NCBI GenBank assembly: GCA_945949385.1
Contig: CAMFEL010000002.1
Coordinates: 1 to 49,017 of the forward strand
Length of the DNA: 49,017 nt
Source: an uncultured Clostridia bacterium
Lineage (GTDB): Bacteria; Bacillota; Clostridia; Oscillospirales; CAG-272
Reading direction: 5' to 3'
Shown here: piece after piece, positions 25,050-32,951 of the stretch
How positions within the stretch are numbered: the first letter of the stretch is position 1
Layout of the letters: each line of letters begins with the position of its first letter
Made by a program: the position numbers and the translations under genes
The notes under the pieces: generated by a model
The model's database searches: none
What the model was told of the DNA's origin: nothing
Seen by the model: the letters and a program-made list of their open reading frames with translations, nothing else

Positions 25050-28000
25050 TTAGCTATGGGTCCAGTCTAATTCATACCAGTTGAAATTCTCATAATTATA
25101 TACATCTACATATCCACCGGCTGGCGAGTAGCGTGTATATGTTGTTTGCAATAGTACAGTATCTCTTAATGCAGAGGCAGCATTTGAACTGATATTAAGA
25201 AGATAGGTAGTCATTTTATAATTACCTCGATAACCTGTTCGGTATTCAATATTACTTCCACCAGCCAACCAATTGTCTGATACTGCGAAAGTAACATTTT
25301 TTATACCGGATTGATAGAATGCATACTTGCCGATGAATTTTACGGCTTCCGGTATAGATATTGAAGTTAAAGAATAGCACTGACAAAACGCAAATTGATC
25401 AATTTTAACAAGGGAACTCGGGAAACTGAGGTTTGATAAATTCATACAATTATAAAATGCCGACTCTCCGATTTCAGTTACTGTTTCCGGTATTGTAATT
25501 GTTGATAATGATTGCAGACCGGAAAATCCATTATTCAGAATCTGTGAAACCGCAACCCCGTTATATGTGCTTGGAATAGTGATTGATATGCTGTTCTTTG
25601 CACCGCTTCCGGCTCTTACGCCGTAAGTGTTGTCAGAAAGTAAAACATATTCTAAAATTTCACCTGTTTCAGATGAGTCTTTGATACTTCCGAGGTTATC
25701 ACTCGTTCCGTCTGTATATGTGACAACGAGCTCACCGTCAATAATCTCCATATTGGCAATTCCTCTGCCGTCTGCGCCGGGATCGCCTTTCTCTCCCTTT
25801 TCACCCTGTGCACCGGTGTCGCCCTTATCGCCTTTCTCGCCTTTTATGTTGCCGAGACTGTAAACGGTGTTGTCGGTCATAAGTATGCTGAGGTCGCCCG
25901 CAGAGGAGAGGGTAACGGATTTAATACCGGTGCCGTCTTTGCCGTCGGCGCCGTTTATGCCGTTTGCGCCCACAACAACGCCCAGATTCGTACTGCTGCC
26001 GTTTGTGTAGGTGAGTACAAGCTCTCCGTCGGCGTTTATCTCGGATTTTGAAATACCTATGCCGTCGGAGCCTTTGATATTGCCGAGATTCAGGGTCGCG
26101 CCGTTTGAAAGCGTTACGGTCAAAGCGCCCTCTGCGGAAACCGTGACATTGCTGATGCCGATTCCGTCTTTGCCGTCGGCGCCGTCTTTTCCGTCAGCGC
26201 CGTTTATGCCGTCTTTGCCGTTTGCGCCCACAACAACGCCCAGATTCGTACTGCTGCCGTTTGTGTAGGTGAGAATAAGCTCTCCGTCGGCGTTTATCTC
26301 GGATTTTGAAACACCTATGCCGTCGGCGCCCTTTATATTGCCGAGATTCAGGGTCGCGCCGCTTGTAAGCGTTACGGTCAGTATTCCGTTGTCAGACACG
26401 GACACATTTGCAATACCTACGCCGTCGGCTCCGTCCTTTCCGTCCGTGCCGTTGACACCGTCTTTGCCGTTTTGTCCGTCGGCTCCGTCTTTTCCGTCGG
26501 CACCGTCCTGCCCGTCTTTGCCTACGATACAGCCGAGGCTAATGCTTGAAGCATCGGAGAAGGTAAGCACCAATTCTCCGTCTGTGTTGATATTTACATC
26601 GGAAATGCCTATGCCGTCAGCGCCGTCCTGTCCGTCCTTGCCGTCCTGACCGTTAACGCCGTCGGTACCGTCGGCTCCGTCTTTACCGTTTGTGCCTACA
26701 ACAACTCCGAGATTGGCGGATGTGCCGTCCGTGTATGTAATGACCAGCTCGCCGTCTGCGTTGATTTCGGAGGAGGCGACGCCTACGCCGTCCTGACCGT
26801 CGGTGCCGTTTATACCGTCGGCACCGTCTTTGCCGTCTTTTCCGTCCGCGCCGTTCACGCCGTTTTTACCGTCGGCACCTACAACACAGCCGAGATTTAC
26901 GCTTGTTCCGTCGGAATATGTTATAATAAGCTCACCCAAAGCATTTACGGATGTTCCGGAAATGCCTATGCCGTCGGCGCCGTCCTGTCCGTCTTTGCCG
27001 TCCTGACCGTTGACGCCGTCGGTACCGTCGGCTCCGTCTTTACCGTTTGTGCCTACAACAACTCCGAGATTGGCGGATGTGCCGTCCGTGTATGTAATGA
27101 CCAGCTCGCCGTCTGCGTTGATTTCGGAGGAGGCGACGCCTACGCCGTCCTGACCGTCCGTGCCGTTTATACCGTCGGCACCGTCTTTGCCGTCTTGTCC
27201 ATCCGCGCCGTTCACGCCGTCTTTACCGTCGACGCCGTTTTTACCGTCGGCACCTACAACACAGCCGAGATTTACGCTTGTTCCGTCGGAATATGTTATA
27301 ATAAGCTCACCCAAAGCATTTACGGATGTTCCGGAAATGCCTATGCCGTCGGCACCGTCCTGTCCGTTCTTGCCGTCCTGACCGTTGACGCCGTCTTTTC
27401 CGTTTTGTCCGTCAACACCGTCCCTGCCGTCTGCTCCTACTATTTTTCCAAGCTCCATGACGGTTCCGCTTGTGAGAGTGATTTCAAGCTCTCCGTTTGT
27501 ATTTATAAGGATATTCCGAATACCGACTCCGTCGGCACCGTCGCGACCGTCGGTACCGTTTGCACCGTCTGCGCCGTCCGCACCGTCTTTGCCGTCAGCG
27601 CCGTCAGCACCGATAACCCGTCCGAGATTTGAAACGGTGTTGTCGGAAGATGTGATTATCAGTTCACCGTCGGAGCTTACTTCGGTCTTTACTATGCTTA
27701 TACCGTCGGCTCCGTCAATGCCGTTCTTGCCGTCGGTGCCGTTCAGACCGTTTGCTCCGTCTTTGCCGTCCTTACCGGCGGCGCCCATAACATTACCGAG
27801 ATTTGAGCGCTGCCCGTTGGAAAAGGTCAGCACAAGCTGCCCCTCGGAGTTAATTTCTGCGCCCGTAACGCCGATACCGTCGGCACCGTCCTCGCCGTTC
27901 TCTCCGTCTGCGCCCTTTGCGCCTACTATAACACCGAGATTTGCGTCGGTGCCGTCGGAATATGTGAGTACAAGCTCACCCATGGCATTAACACGGGAGG

Positions 28001-28886
28001 CGGTAATGCTTATGCCGTTTTCGCCGTCTTGTCCGTCAATACCGTCCTTGCCGTCGGCTCCGTTCTGACCGTCTTTACCTGCGGCGCCCATAACACTACC
28101 CAGATTTGAGCGCTGCCCGTTGGAAAAGGTCAGCACAAGCTCGCCGTCGGAGTTTATCTCCGAGCCGGTAACGCTTATACCGTCGCTGCCGTTCATGCCG
28201 ACTACCTTGTCAAGGTTTATTACGCTTTCGTCAGACAGCGTTATTACAAGCTGACCGTCGGCGTTGATTTGTGCCGCGGTAATGCCGACTCCGTCCTGAC
28301 CGTTTTCGCCGTTCTTTCCGTCTTGTCCGTTCAGTCCGTCAATGCCGTCTTTGCCGTCTTTTCCGTCGGTGCCGTTAATACCGTTTGCCCCGTCTTTGCC
28401 GTCAACGCCGTTTGTGCCGTCTTTGCCGTCCGTTCCCACTGCTTTGCCGAGATTAAGCACTGTTCCGTCGGAAAGGGTAATAAGCAGCTCTCCCTTTTCG
28501 GAGAATGACGCTGTTTTAACAGAGGCGGCATCGCGGCTTGCCATATCCGCAAGTGCCGACGCCCATTCGTCCTTTGTGCCCGTGTATCCGCCGTCTTTGG
28601 CAATATCGTATGCCGATTTGCCCTCAAGGGACGAGAGCCATTCCTGCACGCTGCCGTCGAAACCGTTCTTGACCGCCAGCTCATATGCGGACAGACCGTT
28701 TTCAATATCTGTCCTGTCTCCCTTTGAGTTTCTGTGCACAATATTTGCAACGAGGAATGATATTCCCACGCAAAGAAGAAGTGCCAGAATCACACATAGG
28801 ATTTTCTTGCCTATATGGCTTTCTTTATTTTCTCCGGTGCTTTTAACACCTGCTTTTTCAGTTAAAGAATCGTTTTTGATGCTCAT
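25050..28886 (-). CDS. Membrane-anchored collagen-like repeat protein with a C-terminal BspA-type leucine-rich repeat domain (1278 aa)
   Basis: N-terminal signal-anchor ILCVILALLLCVGISFLVANIV, then twice the motif SAYELAVKNGFDGSVQEWL / SAYDIAKDGGYTGTKDEW. About 18 modules of ~31 aa (e.g. VGVASSEINADGELVITYTDGTSANLGVVVG) alternate with Gly-X-Y runs (GKDGADGTDGVNGQDG...). Near the C-terminus there is one canonical GEKGDKGDTGAQGEKGEKGDPGADG stretch, then LRRs (ITIPETVTEIGESAFYNCMNLSNLSFPSSLVKIDQFAFCQC...). Confidence 0.85.
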   Translation of the reverse strand: MSIKNDSLTEKAGVKSTGENKESHIGKKILCVILALLLCVGISFLVANIVHRNSKGDRTDIENGLSAYELAVKNGFDGSVQEWLSSLEGKSAYDIAKDGGYTGTKDEWASALADMASRDAASVKTASFSEKGELLITLSDGTVLNLGKAVGTDGKDGTNGVDGKDGANGINGTDGKDGKDGIDGLNGQDGKNGENGQDGVGITAAQINADGQLVITLSDESVINLDKVVGMNGSDGISVTGSEINSDGELVLTFSNGQRSNLGSVMGAAGKDGQNGADGKDGIDGQDGENGISITASRVNAMGELVLTYSDGTDANLGVIVGAKGADGENGEDGADGIGVTGAEINSEGQLVLTFSNGQRSNLGNVMGAAGKDGKDGANGLNGTDGKNGIDGADGISIVKTEVSSDGELIITSSDNTVSNLGRVIGADGADGKDGADGADGANGTDGRDGADGVGIRNILINTNGELEITLTSGTVMELGKIVGADGRDGVDGQNGKDGVNGQDGKNGQDGADGIGISGTSVNALGELIITYSDGTSVNLGCVVGADGKNGVDGKDGVNGADGQDGKDGADGINGTDGQDGVGVASSEINADGELVITYTDGTSANLGVVVGTNGKDGADGTDGVNGQDGKDGQDGADGIGISGTSVNALGELIITYSDGTSVNLGCVVGADGKNGVNGADGKDGKDGADGINGTDGQDGVGVASSEINADGELVITYTDGTSANLGVVVGTNGKDGADGTDGVNGQDGKDGQDGADGIGISDVNINTDGELVLTFSDASSISLGCIVGKDGQDGADGKDGADGQNGKDGVNGTDGKDGADGVGIANVSVSDNGILTVTLTSGATLNLGNIKGADGIGVSKSEINADGELILTYTNGSSTNLGVVVGANGKDGINGADGKDGADGKDGIGISNVTVSAEGALTVTLSNGATLNLGNIKGSDGIGISKSEINADGELVLTYTNGSSTNLGVVVGANGINGADGKDGTGIKSVTLSSAGDLSILMTDNTVYSLGNIKGEKGDKGDTGAQGEKGEKGDPGADGRGIANMEIIDGELVVTYTDGTSDNLGSIKDSSETGEILEYVLLSDNTYGVRAGSGAKNSISITIPSTYNGVAVSQILNNGFSGLQSLSTITIPETVTEIGESAFYNCMNLSNLSFPSSLVKIDQFAFCQCYSLTSISIPEAVKFIGKYAFYQSGIKNVTFAVSDNWLAGGSNIEYRTGYRGNYKMTTYLLNISSNAASALRDTVLLQTTYTRYSPAGGYVDVYNYENFNWYELDWTHS
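26600..27400 (-). repeat. In-frame tandem duplication (two near-identical units of roughly 360-378 bp) inside the collagen-like gene
   Basis: Unit boundaries recur at about 26620, 26980 and 27353 (GCCGTCCTGTCCGTC(T/C)TTGCCGTCCTGACCGTT). The protein segment GIGISGTSVNALGELIITYSDGTSVNLGCVVG...VGVASSEINADGELVITYTDGTSANLGVVVGTNGKDGADGTDGVNGQDGKDGQDGADG occurs twice, with an 18-nt indel between copies. Confidence 0.8.
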
Positions 28887-29016
28887 ATTCTTCTCCCTCT
28901 TTATATTGTATTGTTGTTATTATTAAAACACACAATTCGTGGATTGTCAATACATTTCGTGCATTTTACATTCGTTTTGGACACTATATATTACAATGAT
29001 ACAAAGAGGTGATGAA

Positions 29017-29334
29017 ATGGGTTTCGGCGATGTTTTGAGAGAACTGCTTGAAAGTAAAAACATAACTCAGAAGCAGCTTGCGGAGGATTTGAATATAGGC
29101 GTTACCACAATAGGAAACTATGTACGGGGTCTGCGCGAGCCGGACTTCGCGACTCTTAAAGCGCTGGCGCGGTATTTCAATGTTTCTGCGGACTATCTTC
29201 TGAATCTTCATACCGATAAGACCGAAACTCACGCCGAAGATGAGATTCTTCACATATACCGTTCCCTTACACCTGAGCAGCAGAGGATATATATTGAACA
29301 GGGCAAAGCGTTTCGTAAGGGAAAGAGCAGATAG
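29017..29334 (+). CDS. XRE-family HTH transcriptional regulator (105 aa), divergent from the collagen-like operon
   Basis: LLESKNITQKQLAEDLNIGVTTIGNYVRGLREPDFATLKALARYFNVSADYLL. AAGAGGTGA RBS before ATG 29017. Confidence 0.8.
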   Translation: MGFGDVLRELLESKNITQKQLAEDLNIGVTTIGNYVRGLREPDFATLKALARYFNVSADYLLNLHTDKTETHAEDEILHIYRSLTPEQQRIYIEQGKAFRKGKSR

Positions 29335-29356
29335 AAGGGTAAATTTTACTCAATAC

Positions 29357-29395
29357 AAAACAAACCGTCTCACCAATGGTAAGACGGTTTGTTTT
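29357..29395. terminator. Bidirectional intrinsic terminator
   Basis: AAAACAAACCGTCT-caccaatggta-AGACGGTTTGTTTT, with A/T runs on both sides, lying between convergent genes. Confidence 0.7.
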
Positions 29396-29405
29396 GTAAT
29401 AGGCT

Positions 29406-30377
29406 TCAGTTATTGGGAACTATCTCAAAATCTATACTGCCGCTGGTTGTTTTGATTTCGCATATATTCTCCGAAGCCGTGCGGGGCACATTTACATCGC
29501 CGCTGACGGTGTCTGTTATAAACGCTTTTTCCGTAAGCAGTGTGCCGGACACATCTCCGCTGACTGTGACGATTTTGAGAGACGCCGCGTCGGAGCGATT
29601 AAGCTCCACCTCGCCGCTGGTGGTTTTTATGTCTATATCCGCTTCTGCCGTGACTTTCTCAAAAGTTATTTCACCGCTTGTGCTTGCGGCGGTGATGCTG
29701 CGGCAGACCGCATCTTCGATTTCAATACTGCCGCTGACAGTCTCAAGCTTTATGTCCGAGACGGAATTTGCAGAGGATACTTCTATATCTCCGCTGGTGG
29801 ATCTCAGGTTCAGCTTTTCGGGGGCTGCATTTCTGATCTTCTGCTCGCCGCTGACTGTCTTTACGGACAGAGTACCCTTGACTGCGGCGGATATGGACAC
29901 ATTTCCGCTTGTATTGTATATTTCGGCTTCACCGAAAGAATATCCTTCCGGCACTTCCACATTTCCGCTGAGGGTCGTAATATCAAGCGAGCTGTAATCG
30001 CCCTCCGGCAGATACACCTTTATTTCCATTTTACCCCAGTATATGCCCATGCGCTGATACCATTTGCGCTGGTCATATCTCTTTACCGTAAGCGTTCCGT
30101 TCTCAACTTCGACCGTGTGCGTGATCTTGTCGCTCTCGTTGCATACCACCCTGCATTCTGAGTCTGTCGAAGGGATAAGGAGCACATCGCATTCCACTCC
30201 GTCAACGGATATGCTGTCAAAGGCTTCGTCAATATTATAGGTCTTTTCCGTAAATGTCATGGTATTCATCTCCCTAAAGTCTAAATTCATGGAGAACACG
30301 GCGCCCAGCGCTACCGCGGCACCCACAAGTATCAGCGCGCCTGCAACTATAAGCAGGACTATACTGCGTGTTTTCAT
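29406..30377 (-). CDS. DUF4097-type putative beta-helical membrane-anchored protein
   Basis: N-terminal TM segment, then repeated (T/V)(T/V)SG(D/E/S/N)(I/V) turns (TTSGDIEV is my paraphrase; observed examples are STSGDIEV, TVSGSIEI, TTSGEVEL, TVSGDVSG). It is the third gene of a PadR-DUF1700-DUF4097 arrangement. Confidence 0.8.
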   Translation of the reverse strand: MKTRSIVLLIVAGALILVGAAVALGAVFSMNLDFREMNTMTFTEKTYNIDEAFDSISVDGVECDVLLIPSTDSECRVVCNESDKITHTVEVENGTLTVKRYDQRKWYQRMGIYWGKMEIKVYLPEGDYSSLDITTLSGNVEVPEGYSFGEAEIYNTSGNVSISAAVKGTLSVKTVSGEQKIRNAAPEKLNLRSTSGDIEVSSANSVSDIKLETVSGSIEIEDAVCRSITAASTSGEITFEKVTAEADIDIKTTSGEVELNRSDAASLKIVTVSGDVSGTLLTEKAFITDTVSGDVNVPRTASENICEIKTTSGSIDFEIVPNN

Positions 30378-30415
30378 TGATTTTTTCCTTTCTTATTCTT
30401 CTTATTCTGCAAAGC

Positions 30416-31003
30416 TTATTTTACAAATCCGGATTTGATTTTCCGTATGAGCTTTTTTGTCATGGCAATCACGCCCTTTGTAGACTGCACCGAAGCAATT
30501 CCCGTGAGAATTGCAAATCCCGCGCACAGCATTGCCGCTCCGAGAGAAAGGGCGGCTGCGGCAGGTGCTCCGGAAAACAGATATGCGAAGGCAGCAACAA
30601 GGCAGGCTGCGGCGCTTAGTCCAAAGGCAAATGCCACGATATACAGTACCGCCACAAGCACCCACAGCACCGCGTACAGCGACAGCGCAACGGCGACGGC
30701 GGCAATCAGCAGCGGCAGCCAGACGGGAGAGCCCAGCACAAGCAGCACCGTCTCCCATGCTTTCAGTGCGCGTCTCTTTTTAACTTTTGCCCTGACCAGA
30801 GAGGGCAGGGGCGTGTCCATAAGTATCTGAGCCGTAATATCCTCCATACTGCCCAGTGCCTCCACTGCTTCTTCCTCGCTCAGTCCCTCTTCCGTGCGGT
30901 CGTCTATCATCTCTCCGTAGTAGTCGAGAGAACGGCTTCTGTCTTTTTCGGGCAGCTCCGACAGACTCTTTTCAAGTTCGCCGAGAAATTCGCATTTATT
31001 CAT
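30416..31003 (-). CDS. DUF1700-family membrane protein
   Basis: MNKCEFLGELEKSLSELPEKDRSRSLDYYGEMIDD is the characteristic DUF1700 N-terminus, followed by C-terminal TM helices. It overlaps the padR stop by 8 nt. Confidence 0.8.
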   Translation of the reverse strand: MNKCEFLGELEKSLSELPEKDRSRSLDYYGEMIDDRTEEGLSEEEAVEALGSMEDITAQILMDTPLPSLVRAKVKKRRALKAWETVLLVLGSPVWLPLLIAAVAVALSLYAVLWVLVAVLYIVAFAFGLSAAACLVAAFAYLFSGAPAAAALSLGAAMLCAGFAILTGIASVQSTKGVIAMTKKLIRKIKSGFVK

Positions 31004-31316
31004 TTGTGTCCTCTCCTCTCGTTACAAATTTGTATATGGACATTATTTCCTCCCATTCCTCCGTAAATGCAGCGATACGCTCAAGTCCCGCATGAGTGAT
31101 GTGATAATATTTTCTCAGCCTGCCGTTATGCTCCGCGGAATGCACTGTCAAAAGCTCCGCCGATTCAAGACGTCTGAGTATGGGATACAGAGTGGATTCG
31201 GATATTTCCACATACGGTTTAATATCTTTTATTATCTTGTATCCGTAGGAATCCTCGTTTTTGATCGAGGCGAGAACGCATATGTCCAATAGTCCGCGTT
31301 TCAGTTGAACATCCAT
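30996..31316 (-). CDS. PadR family transcriptional regulator
   Basis: LKRGLLDICVLASIKNEDSYGYKIIKDI...ISESTLYPILRRLESAELL. AGGAGG RBS before ATG 31316. The ORF-track start at 31367 falls inside the promoter. Confidence 0.85.
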   Translation of the reverse strand: MDVQLKRGLLDICVLASIKNEDSYGYKIIKDIKPYVEISESTLYPILRRLESAELLTVHSAEHNGRLRKYYHITHAGLERIAAFTEEWEEIMSIYKFVTRGEDTNE

Positions 31317-31334
31317 AAAATACCTCCTTACGCG

Positions 31335-31367
31335 TAATACTATACTACGCATAGTATTATTTGTCAA
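31335..31367 (-). promoter_or_regulatory. padR operon promoter with an embedded 9-bp inverted repeat (candidate PadR operator)
   Basis: Minus strand TTGACA (31362-31367), a 17-nt spacer and TATAGT (31339-31344). The inverted repeat TAATACTAT (31335-31343) / ATAGTATTA (31351-31359) spans the spacer and the -10. Confidence 0.55.
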
Positions 31368-31460
31368 GAGGTATTTGAAAAAATATAAAAAAATCTCAAA
31401 AGGGAGATTTTTGTCGCCTGCCGGTTAATTCGGGTAAGTTCAAAGCAGTAAGCGCGGGAG

Positions 31461-31493
31461 AAAATTAAAAAGCGGCGGGAACTTCCCGCCGCT
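31461..31493 (-). terminator. Intrinsic terminator after the LysM-GH18 gene
   Basis: Minus strand GCGGCGGGaagttCCCGCCGCTTTTTAATTTT. Confidence 0.6.
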
Positions 31494-31513
31494 ATGCCGC
31501 GTCAACAAGCCTG

Positions 31514-32791
31514 TCAAAGCTTATTGATGCCGTAAAGGCCGCTTATTACCGACCACATTGACTGAAACGGACGCATAATGTTCCACACTCCTATGCCGCC
31601 GAGAGAATATTCGTCCGCAAGGGAGGCAAGAGCCTCAGTGCTCCTTGCATCCTGAAACCAGACGATATGTTCTGTGCCGTCTTCCGTATATCTGAAGTAA
31701 GGCGCCATCGCCTCCGTGTCAAACTGAACAGGCACTCCCTGATACGCCGCAAGCTCAATTGCCTCCCGTGATGACAGAGACTGCGCCGCCGTCACTCCCC
31801 GCTCATATGGCAGAGGCCAGTCGTAGCCGTAGGAGGGAAGTCCCATAAACAGCTTTTCGCGTGGGATTTCCGACACCGCATAGTCAAGCACCCGCCTTAC
31901 ATTGTTTATTGGAGACACAGCCATGGGAGGACCGTAGCTGTACCCCCACTCATATGTCATAAGAAAGAGAAAATCGGCCGCTTCTCCCAGCTCCGGGTAG
32001 TTGTGCGCCTCGTACAGAAGTCCCGGCATAGCGGCGGAGGTTTTTGGCGCAAGGTCGGTGAAGACAGTGTATCCGGGACCGAGCTCCGCCTTCAGAGCGC
32101 TTACAAAATCAATATACGCCTGCGCGTTTTCCGCTGAAATATATTCAAAATCCGTCTCAATTCCGCCGTAGCCTTTTTCCCGCGCTGTGTTTGCGGCTGC
32201 GGTGATAACCGAGGCGGTAAGCGCCTCGCTTTGAAGCACGGTGTTGATTAGTTCGTTTGAAAAAGTGCCCTGCGCCGTGATGGAGGTCAGCATCATAATG
32301 GGAACGGTACCGTACTGACGGGCCAGCGCGATGAGCCGCCCGTCATCTTGGCGTGGGGGCACAAGAGTGCCGTCGGGGTTAAGTCCGTAGGAAAACACGG
32401 ACAAATAGGTAAGATAGGGCAGGGTGCGGCGCAGGGTATCGTCGCTTATGTAGGTATAGGCGTAGCCGTTAAGCGAAATATCAGTGCCGAGGGAAGGGGG
32501 ACCGTAGGACATAACGAGGGTCTGTCCGGGGTATACGGTATCCCTGCCGCCGAGAAGAGGGTTGTTCTGCCACAGGACATTTTCGGTTGTTCCAAAGCTT
32601 TGCGCGACGGAGGACAGGGTATCTCCCGCTTCCACGGTATAGGTGAGGACAGGCTGGCGCAGCACCAGTGACTGGCCCTCAACAAGAGGGGATATTATGC
32701 CATTGTCGGCGGCGATAAGCGCAGGGGACAGTGAATACTGCCTTGCAACTGAGTCAAGCGTGTCTCCGGGGCGGACGGTGTAGATAATCAT
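31514..32791 (-). CDS. Two LysM domains + GH18 domain protein (SleL/YaaH-like cortex-lytic N-acetylglucosaminidase family)
   Basis: YTVRPGDTLDSVARQY and YTVEAGDTLSSVAQSF LysM repeats, plus the GH18 catalytic motif GGIETDFEY. ATG 32791; the ORF track starts at 32902. Confidence 0.85.
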   Translation of the reverse strand: MIIYTVRPGDTLDSVARQYSLSPALIAADNGIISPLVEGQSLVLRQPVLTYTVEAGDTLSSVAQSFGTTENVLWQNNPLLGGRDTVYPGQTLVMSYGPPSLGTDISLNGYAYTYISDDTLRRTLPYLTYLSVFSYGLNPDGTLVPPRQDDGRLIALARQYGTVPIMMLTSITAQGTFSNELINTVLQSEALTASVITAAANTAREKGYGGIETDFEYISAENAQAYIDFVSALKAELGPGYTVFTDLAPKTSAAMPGLLYEAHNYPELGEAADFLFLMTYEWGYSYGPPMAVSPINNVRRVLDYAVSEIPREKLFMGLPSYGYDWPLPYERGVTAAQSLSSREAIELAAYQGVPVQFDTEAMAPYFRYTEDGTEHIVWFQDARSTEALASLADEYSLGGIGVWNIMRPFQSMWSVISGLYGINKL

Positions 32792-32951
32792 TTGTATGAA
32801 CCCTTTCTCGGACGGTTTTAGTATATTATATGAATAGGGCGGTAAATAAGATACATTTTCAATAAACCGTTGCGGTTTTTGTAAAAAAGTAGTATAATAC
32901 ACTTGTACGCCCGAAAAAGCGCGGCATAATTTAAGTAACAGAGGTTAGAGT

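Noticed and set aside
26600-27400. Tandem repeats considered as a CRISPR-like or satellite array
   Set aside because: The units are about 360 bp, in-frame and coding within a continuous 1278-aa ORF. This is not a repeat-spacer architecture.
25627-28926. Series of Pro/Ser-rich plus-strand ORFs (PSAPSLPS... repeats)
   Set aside because: They are the complement of the Gly-X-Y codon repeats of the collagen-like gene. The periodic P/S strings are an automatic by-product of GGN/GAY codons read in reverse.
29389-29997. 202-aa plus-strand ORF with SPLTV repeats
   Set aside because: It is the mirror image of the repeated TVSGD turns of the DUF4097 gene on the minus strand. The minus-strand gene has an N-terminal TM segment, an RBS and operon context.
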